From: an uncultured Bacilli bacterium
Lineage (GTDB): Bacteria; Bacillota_I; Bacilli_A; RF39; UBA660
Assembly: GCA_947626275.1 (NCBI GenBank)
Contig: CANQRL010000006.1
Coordinates: forward strand, 11,638 to 75,637
Reading direction: 5' to 3'
DNA length: 64,000 nt
How positions within the stretch are numbered: position 1 is the stretch's first letter; each line of letters opens with the position of its first letter. This document shows positions 1 through 10,481 of the stretch, one piece after another. Below the pieces are notes generated by a model that searched no databases, had not been told where the DNA came from, and saw only the letters and a program-made list of their open reading frames with translations. Made by a program: the position numbers and the translations under genes.

Positions 1-1557
1 ACCAGGAACTACTCTTGTTCCCACTAGAATAATCTCATTCTTAGCGCTTTTTAAAGTGGTAGTCGAATCTGGTTTGATATACGCAATAGCGCCATTCACA
101 CTACGAACATTTTGGGAGATTCGGTCTAGCCCATTTTCTCCTTTTTGCTTTAATTCTTTCATTCCTTGATTTAAACTAGAACTATATTCCTCTACGGTAT
201 CGTAACTTACTTCTTTATCTTCTACTGTATAAGTCTCTACAACGACACTTATTTTAGGATCTGTTTCCGCGATAACAACTGGTTGATTGTTGTAAAATAT
301 GTTATTCACACTCGTAAAAGATGGATTTGACAAGAAGAATTCTTCAATCGTAATCCCCTGTTCATAGGTAAGAGATAATACGGTATCTGTTGCTTTCGCA
401 TAGACGATTTTTTCTGTTTTATTATCCCCATATAATAAGTAACTAGATAATTCAGATGCATCGTTATAAATCTTTTCGCCGACTGAAATATTCTCTTTTT
501 TTACGGTAATACTCTCAGCAATATAGACATCATCAATTCGTGAACCCGTATCTTTAATTTCTTCTTGCGTTCCCTTCTTATACTTTTCAAAGGCTTCTGA
601 CCCAGCAAAAACAACCTCTAATTGTTCCACAGCATCTTTAAAAACATCTTCTTCAGTAACATAGACAATAACATCATTTTTACGAAGATTCATAATCGTT
701 TCATAATCTTCTAGTAGATAAGCTCCTACTAATGTAGAAGGTAAAATTTCTTGTTCATCATTTTTCTTAATTCGAAATTGATATCCCTCAACAGTACAAG
801 GTTTTTTCGCAACAATATAATCATATACTTCCTCTACATTTTTCAAATTTGCATGATAGGTATTAATTTTTTCTATATGAATACCAATAGGGCTATAAAT
901 ATCACTGGCATATAAATATACTTCATTTTTTTGAATATAGTCTTCCATGTATTTTTGTTTTATATAGGAAATATCCTGTAATTGATTCGAAAAATAAGCA
1001 TCAATATGAAATTTTTCGGATTCCGTCAAATTAAGGTTATCACGATTTGCTTGTAAATTTTCCATCAATGGTTGCTTTAAACGAATGAATTCCTGTTCTA
1101 AACCTGATAGTAAACTATCATAATTGACAATTTGATAATTCGATAAATAACTGTCTTTTCGATCAATCGTAAAACTATTGAAAAGGGTTTCTACTCGTTC
1201 TCTTTGTTCGGCTTCAAAAGACCCATCTTCTCCAACCAAAGAGGATAATTCATCATACTTTTTAGCAAGATCAAAATAGATAGAACTACTCTTTACTTTG
1301 GAAGAGAGAATTGTATCAATCGCGTTTAGGGTTTCTATCTGTTCTTGATACTTGATAACCTGATCTTTAATGAGTCCCCCTTGTTTACTGATATATGCTT
1401 CTAATGCATCTTCTGATTCAATGACTCCCACAATCTCATCATCTAAATATACTCGATAATATGTATGAGGTTGATAAGTCTTTTGATATTGAAATTGTAG
1501 AAAAAAGACTCCAACACTCATAAGGATGATGAAAAATATCATGGTATACTTCTTCAA
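1..1557 (-). CDS. Exported LysM/G5-domain protein, probably a peptidoglycan M23 endopeptidase-family protein; runs off the left edge (3' partial)
   Basis: Not in ORF track. Hand translation from TTG 1557 (RBS AGGTGA at the dnaB stop): MKKYTMIFFIILMSVGVFFLQF signal/anchor, YRVYLDDEIVGVI, LysM-like IQKGDTISSL..., G5-like GENGLDR...EIILVGT. No stop before the edge; the M23 domain would lie outside the window. Confidence 0.75.
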   Translation of the reverse strand, partial: MKKYTMIFFIILMSVGVFFLQFQYQKTYQPHTYYRVYLDDEIVGVIESEDALEAYISKQGGLIKDQVIKYQEQIETLNAIDTILSSKVKSSSIYFDLAKKYDELSSLVGEDGSFEAEQRERVETLFNSFTIDRKDSYLSNYQIVNYDSLLSGLEQEFIRLKQPLMENLQANRDNLNLTESEKFHIDAYFSNQLQDISYIKQKYMEDYIQKNEVYLYASDIYSPIGIHIEKINTYHANLKNVEEVYDYIVAKKPCTVEGYQFRIKKNDEQEILPSTLVGAYLLEDYETIMNLRKNDVIVYVTEEDVFKDAVEQLEVVFAGSEAFEKYKKGTQEEIKDTGSRIDDVYIAESITVKKENISVGEKIYNDASELSSYLLYGDNKTEKIVYAKATDTVLSLTYEQGITIEEFFLSNPSFTSVNNIFYNNQPVVIAETDPKISVVVETYTVEDKEVSYDTVEEYSSSLNQGMKELKQKGENGLDRISQNVRSVNGAIAYIKPDSTTTLKSAKNEIILVGTRVVPG

Positions 1558-1566
1558 TAAAATCAC

Positions 1567-2910
1567 CTATTCTTCTGTCACACCGCTATTGGCAACATTT
1601 ACAAAAGTTCCTGTTGCCCTTTGAAATAAAAGAGGAATATCTTTTAATGGTCCATTACGGTGTTTCCTAATAACAAATTCCATTAGACTGTCGTCTTTTT
1701 CCCGTTCTTCGTCCGTACAGTGAAGAAAAGCAACTAAGTCGGCATCTTGCTCAATAGCTCCCGATTCTCTTAAGTCACTTAACATTGGCTTCTTATCTGT
1801 TCTTTGCTCAATTCCACGGGATAATTGTGATAGAGCAATGACAGGAACATCTAGTTCCATTGCCATTGTCTTTAAAGCACGAGAGATATCCGCAACTTCT
1901 TGTTGCCGATTTTGACCGATACTTCCACCTTTATTCGCACTTTGAATCAAAGTTAAATAATCGATAAAAATGATATCGAGCCCAGCAGATGAATTTTTAA
2001 GACGGCGACATTTCGAACGAATCTCGGCAACCGTCTGTCCTGCGGTATCATCGATAAAAATCTTCGTATCAGAAAGACGACTAATCGCTTCGTTTACTCG
2101 TTTCCAATCTGTATGCTCTAAAGCACCTGTCCGCAATTTTGTACTATCAATTTTGCCGACAGAGGCAAGCATTCTTGTTACTAACTGTTCAGCTCCCATT
2201 TCCATGTTAAATAAAGCAACCGTTTTTTTAGAATGAATTGCCATATTGGTAACCATGTTTAGAGCAATAGCCGTCTTTCCCATACCAGGACGAGCGGCAA
2301 TAATGATAAGTTCATGAGGATGAAATCCAGAAGTAATCTTATCCAAATCATAAAAGCCACTGGCTATTCCCGTAATATCTCCCTTGTTAGAAGCAAGGGT
2401 TTCCAAATCAGATTGCGTTTTCGTCAAAACAGTTTGAATATCCTTAAACTCAGAACTTCTTAGTCCTTGGGATACATCGGCAATTTTCTTTTGAGATTCA
2501 TATAAGAAATCTCCTATATTAGATCCTACTTGATAACTATCCTTAACAATCGAAGTGGCTTCATCAATCAATTTTCGAAGTAATGCTTTTTCAGACACAA
2601 TGTTGATGTATTCATCAATATTAGCAGTAGTGGGAACAGAATTAATCACTTCCGCTAAATACTCAATATCCCCTACTTGTTTTAACCATCCACGATGATT
2701 TAACTCTTCAGATACAGTCGTTACATCAACTGGTCTTTTCGCATCATCAATCGTTTTAATGCACGTAAAGATTTTACTATGAGAATCCAAATAAAAATCT
2801 TCGGGCATTAATGACTCTAACCCTTTTTGTAACGCTTTTTTCGTTAAAAACATAGAGCCAATTACTGACTGTTCAGCCTCTATATTATGCGGTATTGTTT
2901 TTTCAGGCAT
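1567..2910 (-). CDS. dnaB: Replicative DNA helicase (DnaB/DnaC family)
   Basis: PHNIEAEQSV, Walker A AARPGMGKT, LSQLSR, SDLRESGAIEQDAD, KHRNGP; directly downstream of rplI. Confidence 0.97.
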   Translation of the reverse strand: MPEKTIPHNIEAEQSVIGSMFLTKKALQKGLESLMPEDFYLDSHSKIFTCIKTIDDAKRPVDVTTVSEELNHRGWLKQVGDIEYLAEVINSVPTTANIDEYINIVSEKALLRKLIDEATSIVKDSYQVGSNIGDFLYESQKKIADVSQGLRSSEFKDIQTVLTKTQSDLETLASNKGDITGIASGFYDLDKITSGFHPHELIIIAARPGMGKTAIALNMVTNMAIHSKKTVALFNMEMGAEQLVTRMLASVGKIDSTKLRTGALEHTDWKRVNEAISRLSDTKIFIDDTAGQTVAEIRSKCRRLKNSSAGLDIIFIDYLTLIQSANKGGSIGQNRQQEVADISRALKTMAMELDVPVIALSQLSRGIEQRTDKKPMLSDLRESGAIEQDADLVAFLHCTDEEREKDDSLMEFVIRKHRNGPLKDIPLLFQRATGTFVNVANSGVTEE

Positions 2911-2928
2911 GATAAACCTCCCTACTAT

Positions 2929-3366
2929 TTATTTTGTTAAGTGTACTTTAATAGTAGCGTTCACTTTTTTGTGAAGCTCAATAACTACCTCATGATATCC
3001 AAGAGTAGATAAAGACTCCTTTTCTTTCACTTGTTTTTTATCAATCGTGAATCCTTTTTCTTTTAAAGCATCGGCAATTTGTTTCGGACTAATGCTTCCA
3101 AACACTTTATCCATTGCTCCTGTCTTCACTTGAAAAGAAAGTTCTACTTTTTCTAATTTTGTTTTCTCTTTCAAAGCATTTTGATAAACTTGTTCTTCTT
3201 CTTTTGCTTTCGCATCATTTTCTCTTTGAAGACGATCTAATCCCATCTTAGATGCTACTACTGCTTGTTTATTCTTAATTAGAAAAGTCCCATAGCCATC
3301 TTTTACTTCGAGAATATCTCCTTTTTTACCTTGCTTTCTCACGTCTTCTAACAAAATAATTTTCAT
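2929..3366 (-). CDS. rplI: 50S ribosomal protein L9
   Basis: MKIILLEDV..GKKGDI.EVKDGY; KVFGSISPKQIA. Confidence 0.97.
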   Translation of the reverse strand: MKIILLEDVRKQGKKGDILEVKDGYGTFLIKNKQAVVASKMGLDRLQRENDAKAKEEEQVYQNALKEKTKLEKVELSFQVKTGAMDKVFGSISPKQIADALKEKGFTIDKKQVKEKESLSTLGYHEVVIELHKKVNATIKVHLTK

Positions 3367-4337
3367 AAAATCTCCCCCAATACTTTTTTAAGCATACGCT
3401 CTACTTCTTTTACCGTTTTATCAGCAATTTGGCAAGCTGCGTTAGTGGCATGTCCACCACCGCCTAATTTTTTCATAATTTCACAGACATCAATATCCCC
3501 CATAGAGCGTGCACTAATACCAATTTCATTTTCTGATAATTGACCAATTGCAAAAGATGCTTCAACATATTCAAAATTTAATAGTTCTTCCGCTACCTCT
3601 GCTAAAGACTCTTTCGCACAATTCGGAATGGGAAGAACACACATCGCAATATTCTTATGGAAAATAAAGCTACTCTTGATAAAATCAGCTCTTCTTAAAT
3701 ACTCATCTTTACTTTCCTTCAATAAAGTTTGTTTCAAAACGCTATCGGCTCCCATACTGGTCAAATAAGCCGCCATTTCAAACGTTTTTTCCGTTGTTTT
3801 TAAGTTAAATCCATTCGTATCGATTTCCATTCCCGCTAACATAACAGTAGAGATTAAAATACCAAGATTGACTCCATAAAATTTAGCGTAATGAGCAATT
3901 AATTCTACCATACTAGACATCGTCGAATCGATATAAAAGAGCTCTGTTTCCTTGATATAAGAATTATCTTTAATGTGATGGTCTAAAACAATGACACTCT
4001 TTGCCTCATCGACAATTTGTGGATATTCTACCCGTTCTTTTTGATGGACATCTAAAATGATAAGAACAGCATTTTCATCTAGTTTTTCTCGATACGTATT
4101 AGGATATAAATATTCAATATTTTTTACTTTTTCTAGAGCTTGTTTCACAGAGCTATTATATTCTTTTGGATCTTTTTTCTCTAGAAAAATATAAGCTTCT
4201 TTTCCCATCTCTGTTAAAATACGGAATAAACCCATAGAAGATCCTATCGCATCCAAGTCAGGATTTTTATGAGACATAATAATTACTCGATCATACTTTG
4301 ATAAAACTTCTGTTAACTTATTAAATAATGTTTCCAT
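3363..4337 (-). CDS. DHH/DHHA1 phosphodiesterase; catalytic half of GdpP (c-di-AMP PDE) without TM-PAS-GGDEF
   Basis: HKNPDLDAIGS, DVH, DHH, SARS, GGGGH motifs; occupies the gdpP position before rplI-dnaB. Confidence 0.85.
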   Translation of the reverse strand: METLFNKLTEVLSKYDRVIIMSHKNPDLDAIGSSMGLFRILTEMGKEAYIFLEKKDPKEYNSSVKQALEKVKNIEYLYPNTYREKLDENAVLIILDVHQKERVEYPQIVDEAKSVIVLDHHIKDNSYIKETELFYIDSTMSSMVELIAHYAKFYGVNLGILISTVMLAGMEIDTNGFNLKTTEKTFEMAAYLTSMGADSVLKQTLLKESKDEYLRRADFIKSSFIFHKNIAMCVLPIPNCAKESLAEVAEELLNFEYVEASFAIGQLSENEIGISARSMGDIDVCEIMKKLGGGGHATNAACQIADKTVKEVERMLKKVLGEIL

Positions 4338-4409
4338 TCTATCACCCCAGATATCAATATTATACTATAAAATTACCGTCTTGTCTTTACCAAAGCAAAA
4401 AAGAAAAGA

Positions 4410-5327
4410 TTATTTCTTCTCTTTTTCACGAATGCGATTCGCTAACTCTTTAATTTTATGAAAGCGATGATGAAGTCCAGACTTCGTAATTTTTTCATCA
4501 GTTTCTATACTGATAATTTCACTCAGCTCCTGTAAAGAAGCTTCTTTATATTTCAACCGGTAAATCGCCGCTACCCTTTCCTTCTCATCTAAAAGGTCTA
4601 ACCCTGCTACTTCTTCAATCAATTCAATATCTTTTACTTGCTTCATCGCTGTCTCAACAATTTTATCGACATTTGCTTGTTCACAATTATTGAGGCGATT
4701 TGTCATATTTTTATGATCTCGATAAATACGGATATCTTCATAGTAAAAGAGAGCTTGAATGGCTTGTATCATTCGTAAAAAGTCTCCTATTTTCTCTGCT
4801 TCTTTCACGTAGATCATATACTTATTTTCTCTTTTTAATACCTTACTATTTAAACCGTATTCATTAATGAGATGAGAACAAAATTTAGCGTATTCCAAAT
4901 GTTCCACTAAAAACTCTAAATGATATCGAGATTTTTTAGGGTCATTAACACTTCCACAAGCTAAAAATAATCCTCTTAAATAGGCTCGTTTAGAAGCATC
5001 ATCATCGATGAGATAAGAACTTGGAACCATTTCTTCTAGGCACAAATCTTTTTTTATTTGTTCGGCTTCTTTTCCTACTTCTAGGATGTAAATATAATTT
5101 TTATTATAATTATATCCTTGACGAACCGTTATTTTGGCAATCACACCATAGAGTTCTTTTAATGAGTTAAACACCAGTCTAGCGACAGACGCATTTTCCG
5201 TTGTGATTTTAATACCATTATCGAGGATAGCGCTATTTCTAAGAAAAGCCGATAACTCGGCTATTTTCTCTATCTTTCCTGTCTCTAATTTACTCGCTTC
5301 ATTTTTTACTGTACTAGTAAAGGACAT
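4410..5327 (-). CDS. whiA: DNA-binding protein WhiA
   Basis: MSFTSTVKNE, YLRGLFLACGSVNDP..SRYHLE, NRLNNCEQAN, KSGLHHR. Confidence 0.95.
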   Translation of the reverse strand: MSFTSTVKNEASKLETGKIEKIAELSAFLRNSAILDNGIKITTENASVARLVFNSLKELYGVIAKITVRQGYNYNKNYIYILEVGKEAEQIKKDLCLEEMVPSSYLIDDDASKRAYLRGLFLACGSVNDPKKSRYHLEFLVEHLEYAKFCSHLINEYGLNSKVLKRENKYMIYVKEAEKIGDFLRMIQAIQALFYYEDIRIYRDHKNMTNRLNNCEQANVDKIVETAMKQVKDIELIEEVAGLDLLDEKERVAAIYRLKYKEASLQELSEIISIETDEKITKSGLHHRFHKIKELANRIREKEKK

Positions 5328-5335
5328 ATCATCAC

Positions 5336-6286
5336 CTACAATTGCATTAAATATGCGAAAATATGAAAGCCTAATTTCGTAACGTTATGACGAATCATAT
5401 CGTTAGAAATAGAGACCAAATCATCTCCAATTACTTGATTATTCATCTTCTTAAAATTCTTGACATCATAAATAACCGGATCTTTTTGTTCTAACGTTTC
5501 ATATTTATGAGCCAAATCAGGATGAACCGCTCCATTATTGGCAATTACGACATCTACTTTTCTTTTTCCAAGATACTGATTCAACATCATAACATGATCT
5601 GTTACTGTAAAATTATCTGTTTCTCCTGGCTGGGTCATCATATTGCATACATACATGATTTTCGCAGGACTATTCTCTAAAGCCTCCACAATTTTATCAC
5701 AAATTAAATTAGGGATAATACTTGTGAATAAACTTCCCATACTAAGAACAATTAAATCAGCTTCCTGAATGGCCTGAATAGCGGCTTGCGTAGGAGTTGG
5801 CTCTTCCTTGTAATAAACTCTTTTAATCTTTCGTTTATCAACAGTAATATTGTGTTCTCCTTCCACAACATTTCCATCTTCCATCTCCGCCATTAAAACA
5901 ACATTGTCTTCTGTTAAAGGAACAACTTTTCCCTTAAGATTTAAAACCTTACTTAAAGATTCAATTCCATCCGATAAATTTCCTGCAATATTCGTCATCG
6001 CCGTTAATAATAAATTTCCAACGGTATGTCCATCCAAATCGCTTGTCGTATGAAACCGATAATTAAATAGTTCTAAAACAAGAGGTTCTGTTTCGGATAA
6101 CGAAACAAGCACTCTTCTAATGTCCCCAACCGCGGGAATATTAAATTCTTCTCTTAAAATACCCGTACTCTTTCCATCATCACAAACAGAAACAATCGCC
6201 GTAATATCTACTGGATACTGTTTCAATCCACGAAGGAGAGTTGATAATCCGGTTCCTCCTCCTAAAACGACTACTTTTTTATTCAT
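5336..6286 (-). CDS. yvcK: UDP-GlcNAc-binding gluconeogenesis/morphogenesis factor YvcK (GlmR)
   Basis: GGGTGLS, DDGKSTG, GDIRR, GSLFTSIIPNL, NMMTQPGET; upstream of whiA. Confidence 0.93.
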   Translation of the reverse strand: MNKKVVVLGGGTGLSTLLRGLKQYPVDITAIVSVCDDGKSTGILREEFNIPAVGDIRRVLVSLSETEPLVLELFNYRFHTTSDLDGHTVGNLLLTAMTNIAGNLSDGIESLSKVLNLKGKVVPLTEDNVVLMAEMEDGNVVEGEHNITVDKRKIKRVYYKEEPTPTQAAIQAIQEADLIVLSMGSLFTSIIPNLICDKIVEALENSPAKIMYVCNMMTQPGETDNFTVTDHVMMLNQYLGKRKVDVVIANNGAVHPDLAHKYETLEQKDPVIYDVKNFKKMNNQVIGDDLVSISNDMIRHNVTKLGFHIFAYLMQL

Positions 6287-7074
6287 CTTAAATCCTCCAC
6301 ATGATAATACTCTTTTCTTTGAAACGCATAAATGAAAAATCCAATGCCAACAAAAATCATCACGATAGAAACGAGCTGCGCAACCTTAAGACTTCCAAGC
6401 ATTAAACTGTCTTGTCTTAAAGCTTCAATAAAGAATCTTGCAATTCCATAAACAACAAAATAAATACCAGAACAAATTCCTAAATATACCTTTTTATAAT
6501 GTCTAACTAACATAATAAGAAGAAATCCGAAGAGGCATATCATCGACTCATAGTAAAAGGTTGGCTGATGGTAAACTCCCCCAATATGCATTCCATCAAT
6601 CACAAACTGTGGAATTGGTAATTTTTGAAGATAAGATAAGGTTGTCACTGGACCGTATGCCTCACTATTAAAGAAGTTGCCCCATCTTCCAATCGCTTGT
6701 CCTAAGATGAGAACAGGCGCAAGCATATCAAATAATTTTAAAGTGTTTACTTTATGTTTTTTCGTATAAAAAATGGTGAACACTAACCCTGCTATAATAC
6801 CGCCATGAATAGCCAAACCACCATTCCATACAGCCAATATTTCTCCTAAATTACGGGCATAATAATCCCATTCAAAAATGACATAATAGGCTCTCGCACC
6901 AATAATGACAATGGGTACTAAGTAACAAAAATAATCACTAAAGAAAGAGATTGGCATCTTTTCCCTTTTAAGTTCTAAATACGTTAATCCATAACCGATT
7001 ACAAATCCCATTAGTATGAGGAAAGAATACCAGTGGATTTCCAAAGGACCCAGTGTGAACATAATTGAATTCAT
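6283..7074 (-). CDS. lgt: Prolipoprotein diacylglyceryl transferase
   Basis: GARAYYV, GGLAIHGG, QAIGRWGNFFN.EAYG, HQPTFYYES. Confidence 0.96.
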   Translation of the reverse strand: MNSIMFTLGPLEIHWYSFLILMGFVIGYGLTYLELKREKMPISFFSDYFCYLVPIVIIGARAYYVIFEWDYYARNLGEILAVWNGGLAIHGGIIAGLVFTIFYTKKHKVNTLKLFDMLAPVLILGQAIGRWGNFFNSEAYGPVTTLSYLQKLPIPQFVIDGMHIGGVYHQPTFYYESMICLFGFLLIMLVRHYKKVYLGICSGIYFVVYGIARFFIEALRQDSLMLGSLKVAQLVSIVMIFVGIGFFIYAFQRKEYYHVEDLR

Positions 7075-7505
7075 TTCTTCAACCCCTTTAACAACGTATC
7101 GATAATAACATTATCCATGATTGCATTCATAATGGAAATGATAATCGAAACAAGAAATACCATAAAGGTACCGTGGATATTAAAATGTCCCATCAATATC
7201 CAATCCGTTAATTTTAATACAAATACATTCACAATTGGATAGAATAATCCAAGTGTTAAAGCAGTAAGGGGTAATGTTAACCAAAAAAGAAGAGGCTTTA
7301 CCGTTCTATTCAAAATGAAGATAATGATGACCGCTAATATACCCCATAATCCAAAAAATTGATTATCAATATAAACGGTGTCATCAAATACGATAGATAC
7401 GGTAATAAGTACTAATGTATAACCAAAAATGTGAATAAACCAATCTAGAAATCGATTAAGCTTTGGTTTCTTCTGATGGTTTTCTTCTATCACGACTTTT
7501 TTCAT
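7071..7505 (-). CDS. YvlD-like membrane protein (phage holin family 4 annotation)
   Basis: Four hydrophobic segments with VKPLL..LTLP...LTLGLF..IVN; same neighbourhood as B. subtilis yvlD (uvrB...lgt). Confidence 0.75.
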   Translation of the reverse strand: MKKVVIEENHQKKPKLNRFLDWFIHIFGYTLVLITVSIVFDDTVYIDNQFFGLWGILAVIIIFILNRTVKPLLFWLTLPLTALTLGLFYPIVNVFVLKLTDWILMGHFNIHGTFMVFLVSIIISIMNAIMDNVIIDTLLKGLKK

Positions 7506-7531
7506 CTTCCATCTCCCGCTTCATTATATCA

Positions 7532-9475
7532 TCATTCACTCTTTAATTCAAATAACGCATCTCGCAATTCCATAGCTCTTTCAAAGTCTAAATTACGAGC
7601 AGCTTCCTTCATTTCTGCCTCAATACGAACCGCTAAAGAAGCCTTCTCCTGTTTACTCATCTTAGGAGTTTCCTTCTTAGATTCTTTGGTATTGGTAATA
7701 GCTTCTCTAATTTCTTTTATGATGGTCTTTGGAGTAATATGATGCTCTTCATTATATTTTTCTTGAATACTGCGTCGTCTTTCTGTTTCCGTAATCGCTA
7801 TCTTCATGGAATCGCTCATACTATCCGCATACATAATGACACGCCCATTTTGATTACGAGCAGCTCTTCCGACCGTTTGAATGAGACTCCGATCACTTCT
7901 TAAGAAGCCTTGTTTATCCGCATCCATTATCGCTACTAATTCTACTTCAGGAATATCAATTCCTTCACGAAGAAGATTAATTCCAACTAGGACATCATAT
8001 TTTCCAAGCCGTAAATCACGAATAATCTGCATTCTTTCTAGGGTCTTTACCTCAGAATGAAGATACGCAACCTTGATATCTAGTTTTTTTAAATAATTCG
8101 TAAGTTCTTCCGCCATCCGAATAGTTAATGTCGTTACCAATACTCGTGTATTCCTTTCTTTGCATGCGTATATTTGCTCTACTAAATCATCAATCTGCCC
8201 TTTTGATGGATGAACTTCGATCTTAGGATCCAATAATCCGGTTGGACGAATAATTTGTTCCACAACCGAATGACTAAGTCCTAATTCGTAGTCTCCAGGT
8301 GTTGCGGATACATAGATAACCTGATTTAATTTCGAAGCGAATTCATCGAATTTTAATGGTCTATTATCTAGAGCGCTCGGTAACCGAAATCCATATTCTA
8401 CTAAAACTTCTTTTCTCGCTCTATCGCCATTATACATTCCTCTTACTTGCGGAACAGTAACATGAGATTCATCAATGACTAATAGAAAATCCTCTGGAAA
8501 GAAATCGATTAAAGTCTCAGGTGTCTCTCCTGGTCCACGGAGCGCTAGATGACGAGAATAGTTTTCAATTCCACGACAAAAACCAGTCTCTTCTAACATC
8601 TCCATGTCATAATTGGTTCTCTCCTCTAGACGTTGGTATTCCAATAGTTTATTTTCCGCTTTAAACTTTTCTAGCTGTTCTTTTAATTCTTCACGAATAT
8701 TCGCAATCGCTTTTTCTAGTTTCCAATCAGCCGTTACAAAGTGACTGGCTGGAAAAATACTAATGGTCTTTTTATCCGCTAAAATAGCTCCCGTTAAAAC
8801 GTCAAATTCACTAATTCGTTCCACTTCATCCCCAAAAAATTCAATACGAATTCCCTTACTATGCTGGTTAGAAGGAATAATCTCCAGAACATCTCCTTTT
8901 GCTCGAAAAGTCCCTCTTTTAAAATCCAAATTGTTTCGTTCATACAACATGGAAATCAATTTTTCAATGACATTGTCTCTTTCAATGGTTTCCCCTTCGG
9001 CAAGCGTAAGCATTTTATCTTCATAGTCTTGTTTATCACCAATTCCATAAATACAAGAAACAGAGGCGACAACAATGACATCTCTTCTCTTTAATAACGC
9101 ACTCGTAGCGGAGTGTCTTAACTCATCTATTTCATCATTAATCGCAGCATCTTTTTCGATATAAGTATCTGTTTTTGCTACATAGGCTTCTGGTTGATAA
9201 TAGTCATAATAAGAAACAAAATATTCTACGGCATTATTAGGAAATAATTCTTTTAATTCTCCGTAGAGTTGTCCTGCTAAAGTCTTATTATGGGCAAGTA
9301 CTAAAGTGGGTTTATTTACTTCTTTGATAACATTTGCAATGGTAAACGTTTTCCCTGTTCCTGTTGCGCCCAATAATACTTGATGTTTTTCCCCTTTTTG
9401 AATGCCTTCTACTAATTTTTGAATCGCTTCCGGTTGATCCCCACTAGGTTGGTATTTTGATACAAGTTCAAACAT
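7532..9475 (-). CDS. uvrB: Excinuclease ABC subunit B
   Basis: [46 protein letters not shown]-terminal FERA..LRD. Confidence 0.98.
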   Translation of the reverse strand: MFELVSKYQPSGDQPEAIQKLVEGIQKGEKHQVLLGATGTGKTFTIANVIKEVNKPTLVLAHNKTLAGQLYGELKELFPNNAVEYFVSYYDYYQPEAYVAKTDTYIEKDAAINDEIDELRHSATSALLKRRDVIVVASVSCIYGIGDKQDYEDKMLTLAEGETIERDNVIEKLISMLYERNNLDFKRGTFRAKGDVLEIIPSNQHSKGIRIEFFGDEVERISEFDVLTGAILADKKTISIFPASHFVTADWKLEKAIANIREELKEQLEKFKAENKLLEYQRLEERTNYDMEMLEETGFCRGIENYSRHLALRGPGETPETLIDFFPEDFLLVIDESHVTVPQVRGMYNGDRARKEVLVEYGFRLPSALDNRPLKFDEFASKLNQVIYVSATPGDYELGLSHSVVEQIIRPTGLLDPKIEVHPSKGQIDDLVEQIYACKERNTRVLVTTLTIRMAEELTNYLKKLDIKVAYLHSEVKTLERMQIIRDLRLGKYDVLVGINLLREGIDIPEVELVAIMDADKQGFLRSDRSLIQTVGRAARNQNGRVIMYADSMSDSMKIAITETERRRSIQEKYNEEHHITPKTIIKEIREAITNTKESKKETPKMSKQEKASLAVRIEAEMKEAARNLDFERAMELRDALFELKSE

Positions 9476-9627
9476 GTAAATCCCCTTTCTACTATGACAT
9501 TTTATAACGTATGATAAACATAAATTTTAACACGATTTTCGTTTTTTATAACAAACCTTCTATCCCATTTTAGTATAGCATAGAATGATTAAAATTTTTA
9601 GGTCTATCTTTTCTATAATCAGACAAA

Positions 9628-10383
9628 CTATTCACATGGCCAATTTTTTTGACTAACATATTCTTTAACAAAATTTCGCTCTTTTTCTTTCGCACTTTCT
9701 TCATACGTTGACTCATCTACAAATGGTTTTCCAATACGTTCATATAAATCATACGCATGCTTAAATTCATGAATATTGATTAAAGCGGTCTCTAAATTAA
9801 TGATTTTAGGAACACCGACATGCATATCAACAATTCTTCCTTCCTCGCATTTTACATTGACAAGGTAAAAAAAGTGATGTGCTTCTTGATGGTGATCACG
9901 AATAGAAACTTTAGGAAAAATATACTCCCAAAAAGCAGTGGGGTAGCCAAGATATTCTATTATGTCCTTAGTACTCAAAAGTAAGCCCTTTCCCCAAATC
10001 TCATAATCAGAAGTTTCCAAAAGTGTTTGAAATTGCTTTTGAGGTCGTTCTCCATATTGTTCTTTCCCCTTTATTGCTTTTTCTAATCCCTTTAATATTT
10101 CTTTATAATAAAGAGAGGTCTTATTCCCAAGGAGGAATAATGCTTCCATAAAACGAATGGTTTCTTCTTCATCTATCTCGGCTATTCCTCTTTCCAAAAA
10201 GGATAAAATGCGATACTGTTTTTCTAATATTTGAAGATATTCTTTTAAGATTTCTTTTACTTCATTTTCTGCTTCTCTACTATGGTGATAGATTCTCAAA
10301 CTTTGTCTTCCTATAGAGGAAAGAGTCTTTCTATCTAAAACTCTCAATTTTTTCAAATAATTATTAAATATAGTTGCATCCAT
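9628..10383 (-). CDS. Hypothetical protein with HEXXH motif (possible Zn metallopeptidase fold)
   Basis: 251-aa ORF with RBS and own TG-TATAAT promoter; ...ALINIHEFKHAYDLY...E motif. Confidence 0.55.
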   Translation of the reverse strand: MDATIFNNYLKKLRVLDRKTLSSIGRQSLRIYHHSREAENEVKEILKEYLQILEKQYRILSFLERGIAEIDEEETIRFMEALFLLGNKTSLYYKEILKGLEKAIKGKEQYGERPQKQFQTLLETSDYEIWGKGLLLSTKDIIEYLGYPTAFWEYIFPKVSIRDHHQEAHHFFYLVNVKCEEGRIVDMHVGVPKIINLETALINIHEFKHAYDLYERIGKPFVDESTYEESAKEKERNFVKEYVSQKNWPCE

Positions 10384-10481
10384 AAAATCACTCTCAGGGA
10401 ACTATTATACAAAAAAGAACTTTTTTTATCTAGCCTTTTCTTTTCCTAAAAATACGGTTATAATAATATTAGAAAGTCGGT

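Noticed and set aside
7071-7505. Phage holin annotation as evidence of a prophage
   Set aside because: It is the chromosomal YvlD-type gene in conserved context, with no phage genes nearby.
9476-9627. LexA/SOS box upstream of uvrB
   Set aside because: No CGAAC-N4-GTTCG-like sequence found.
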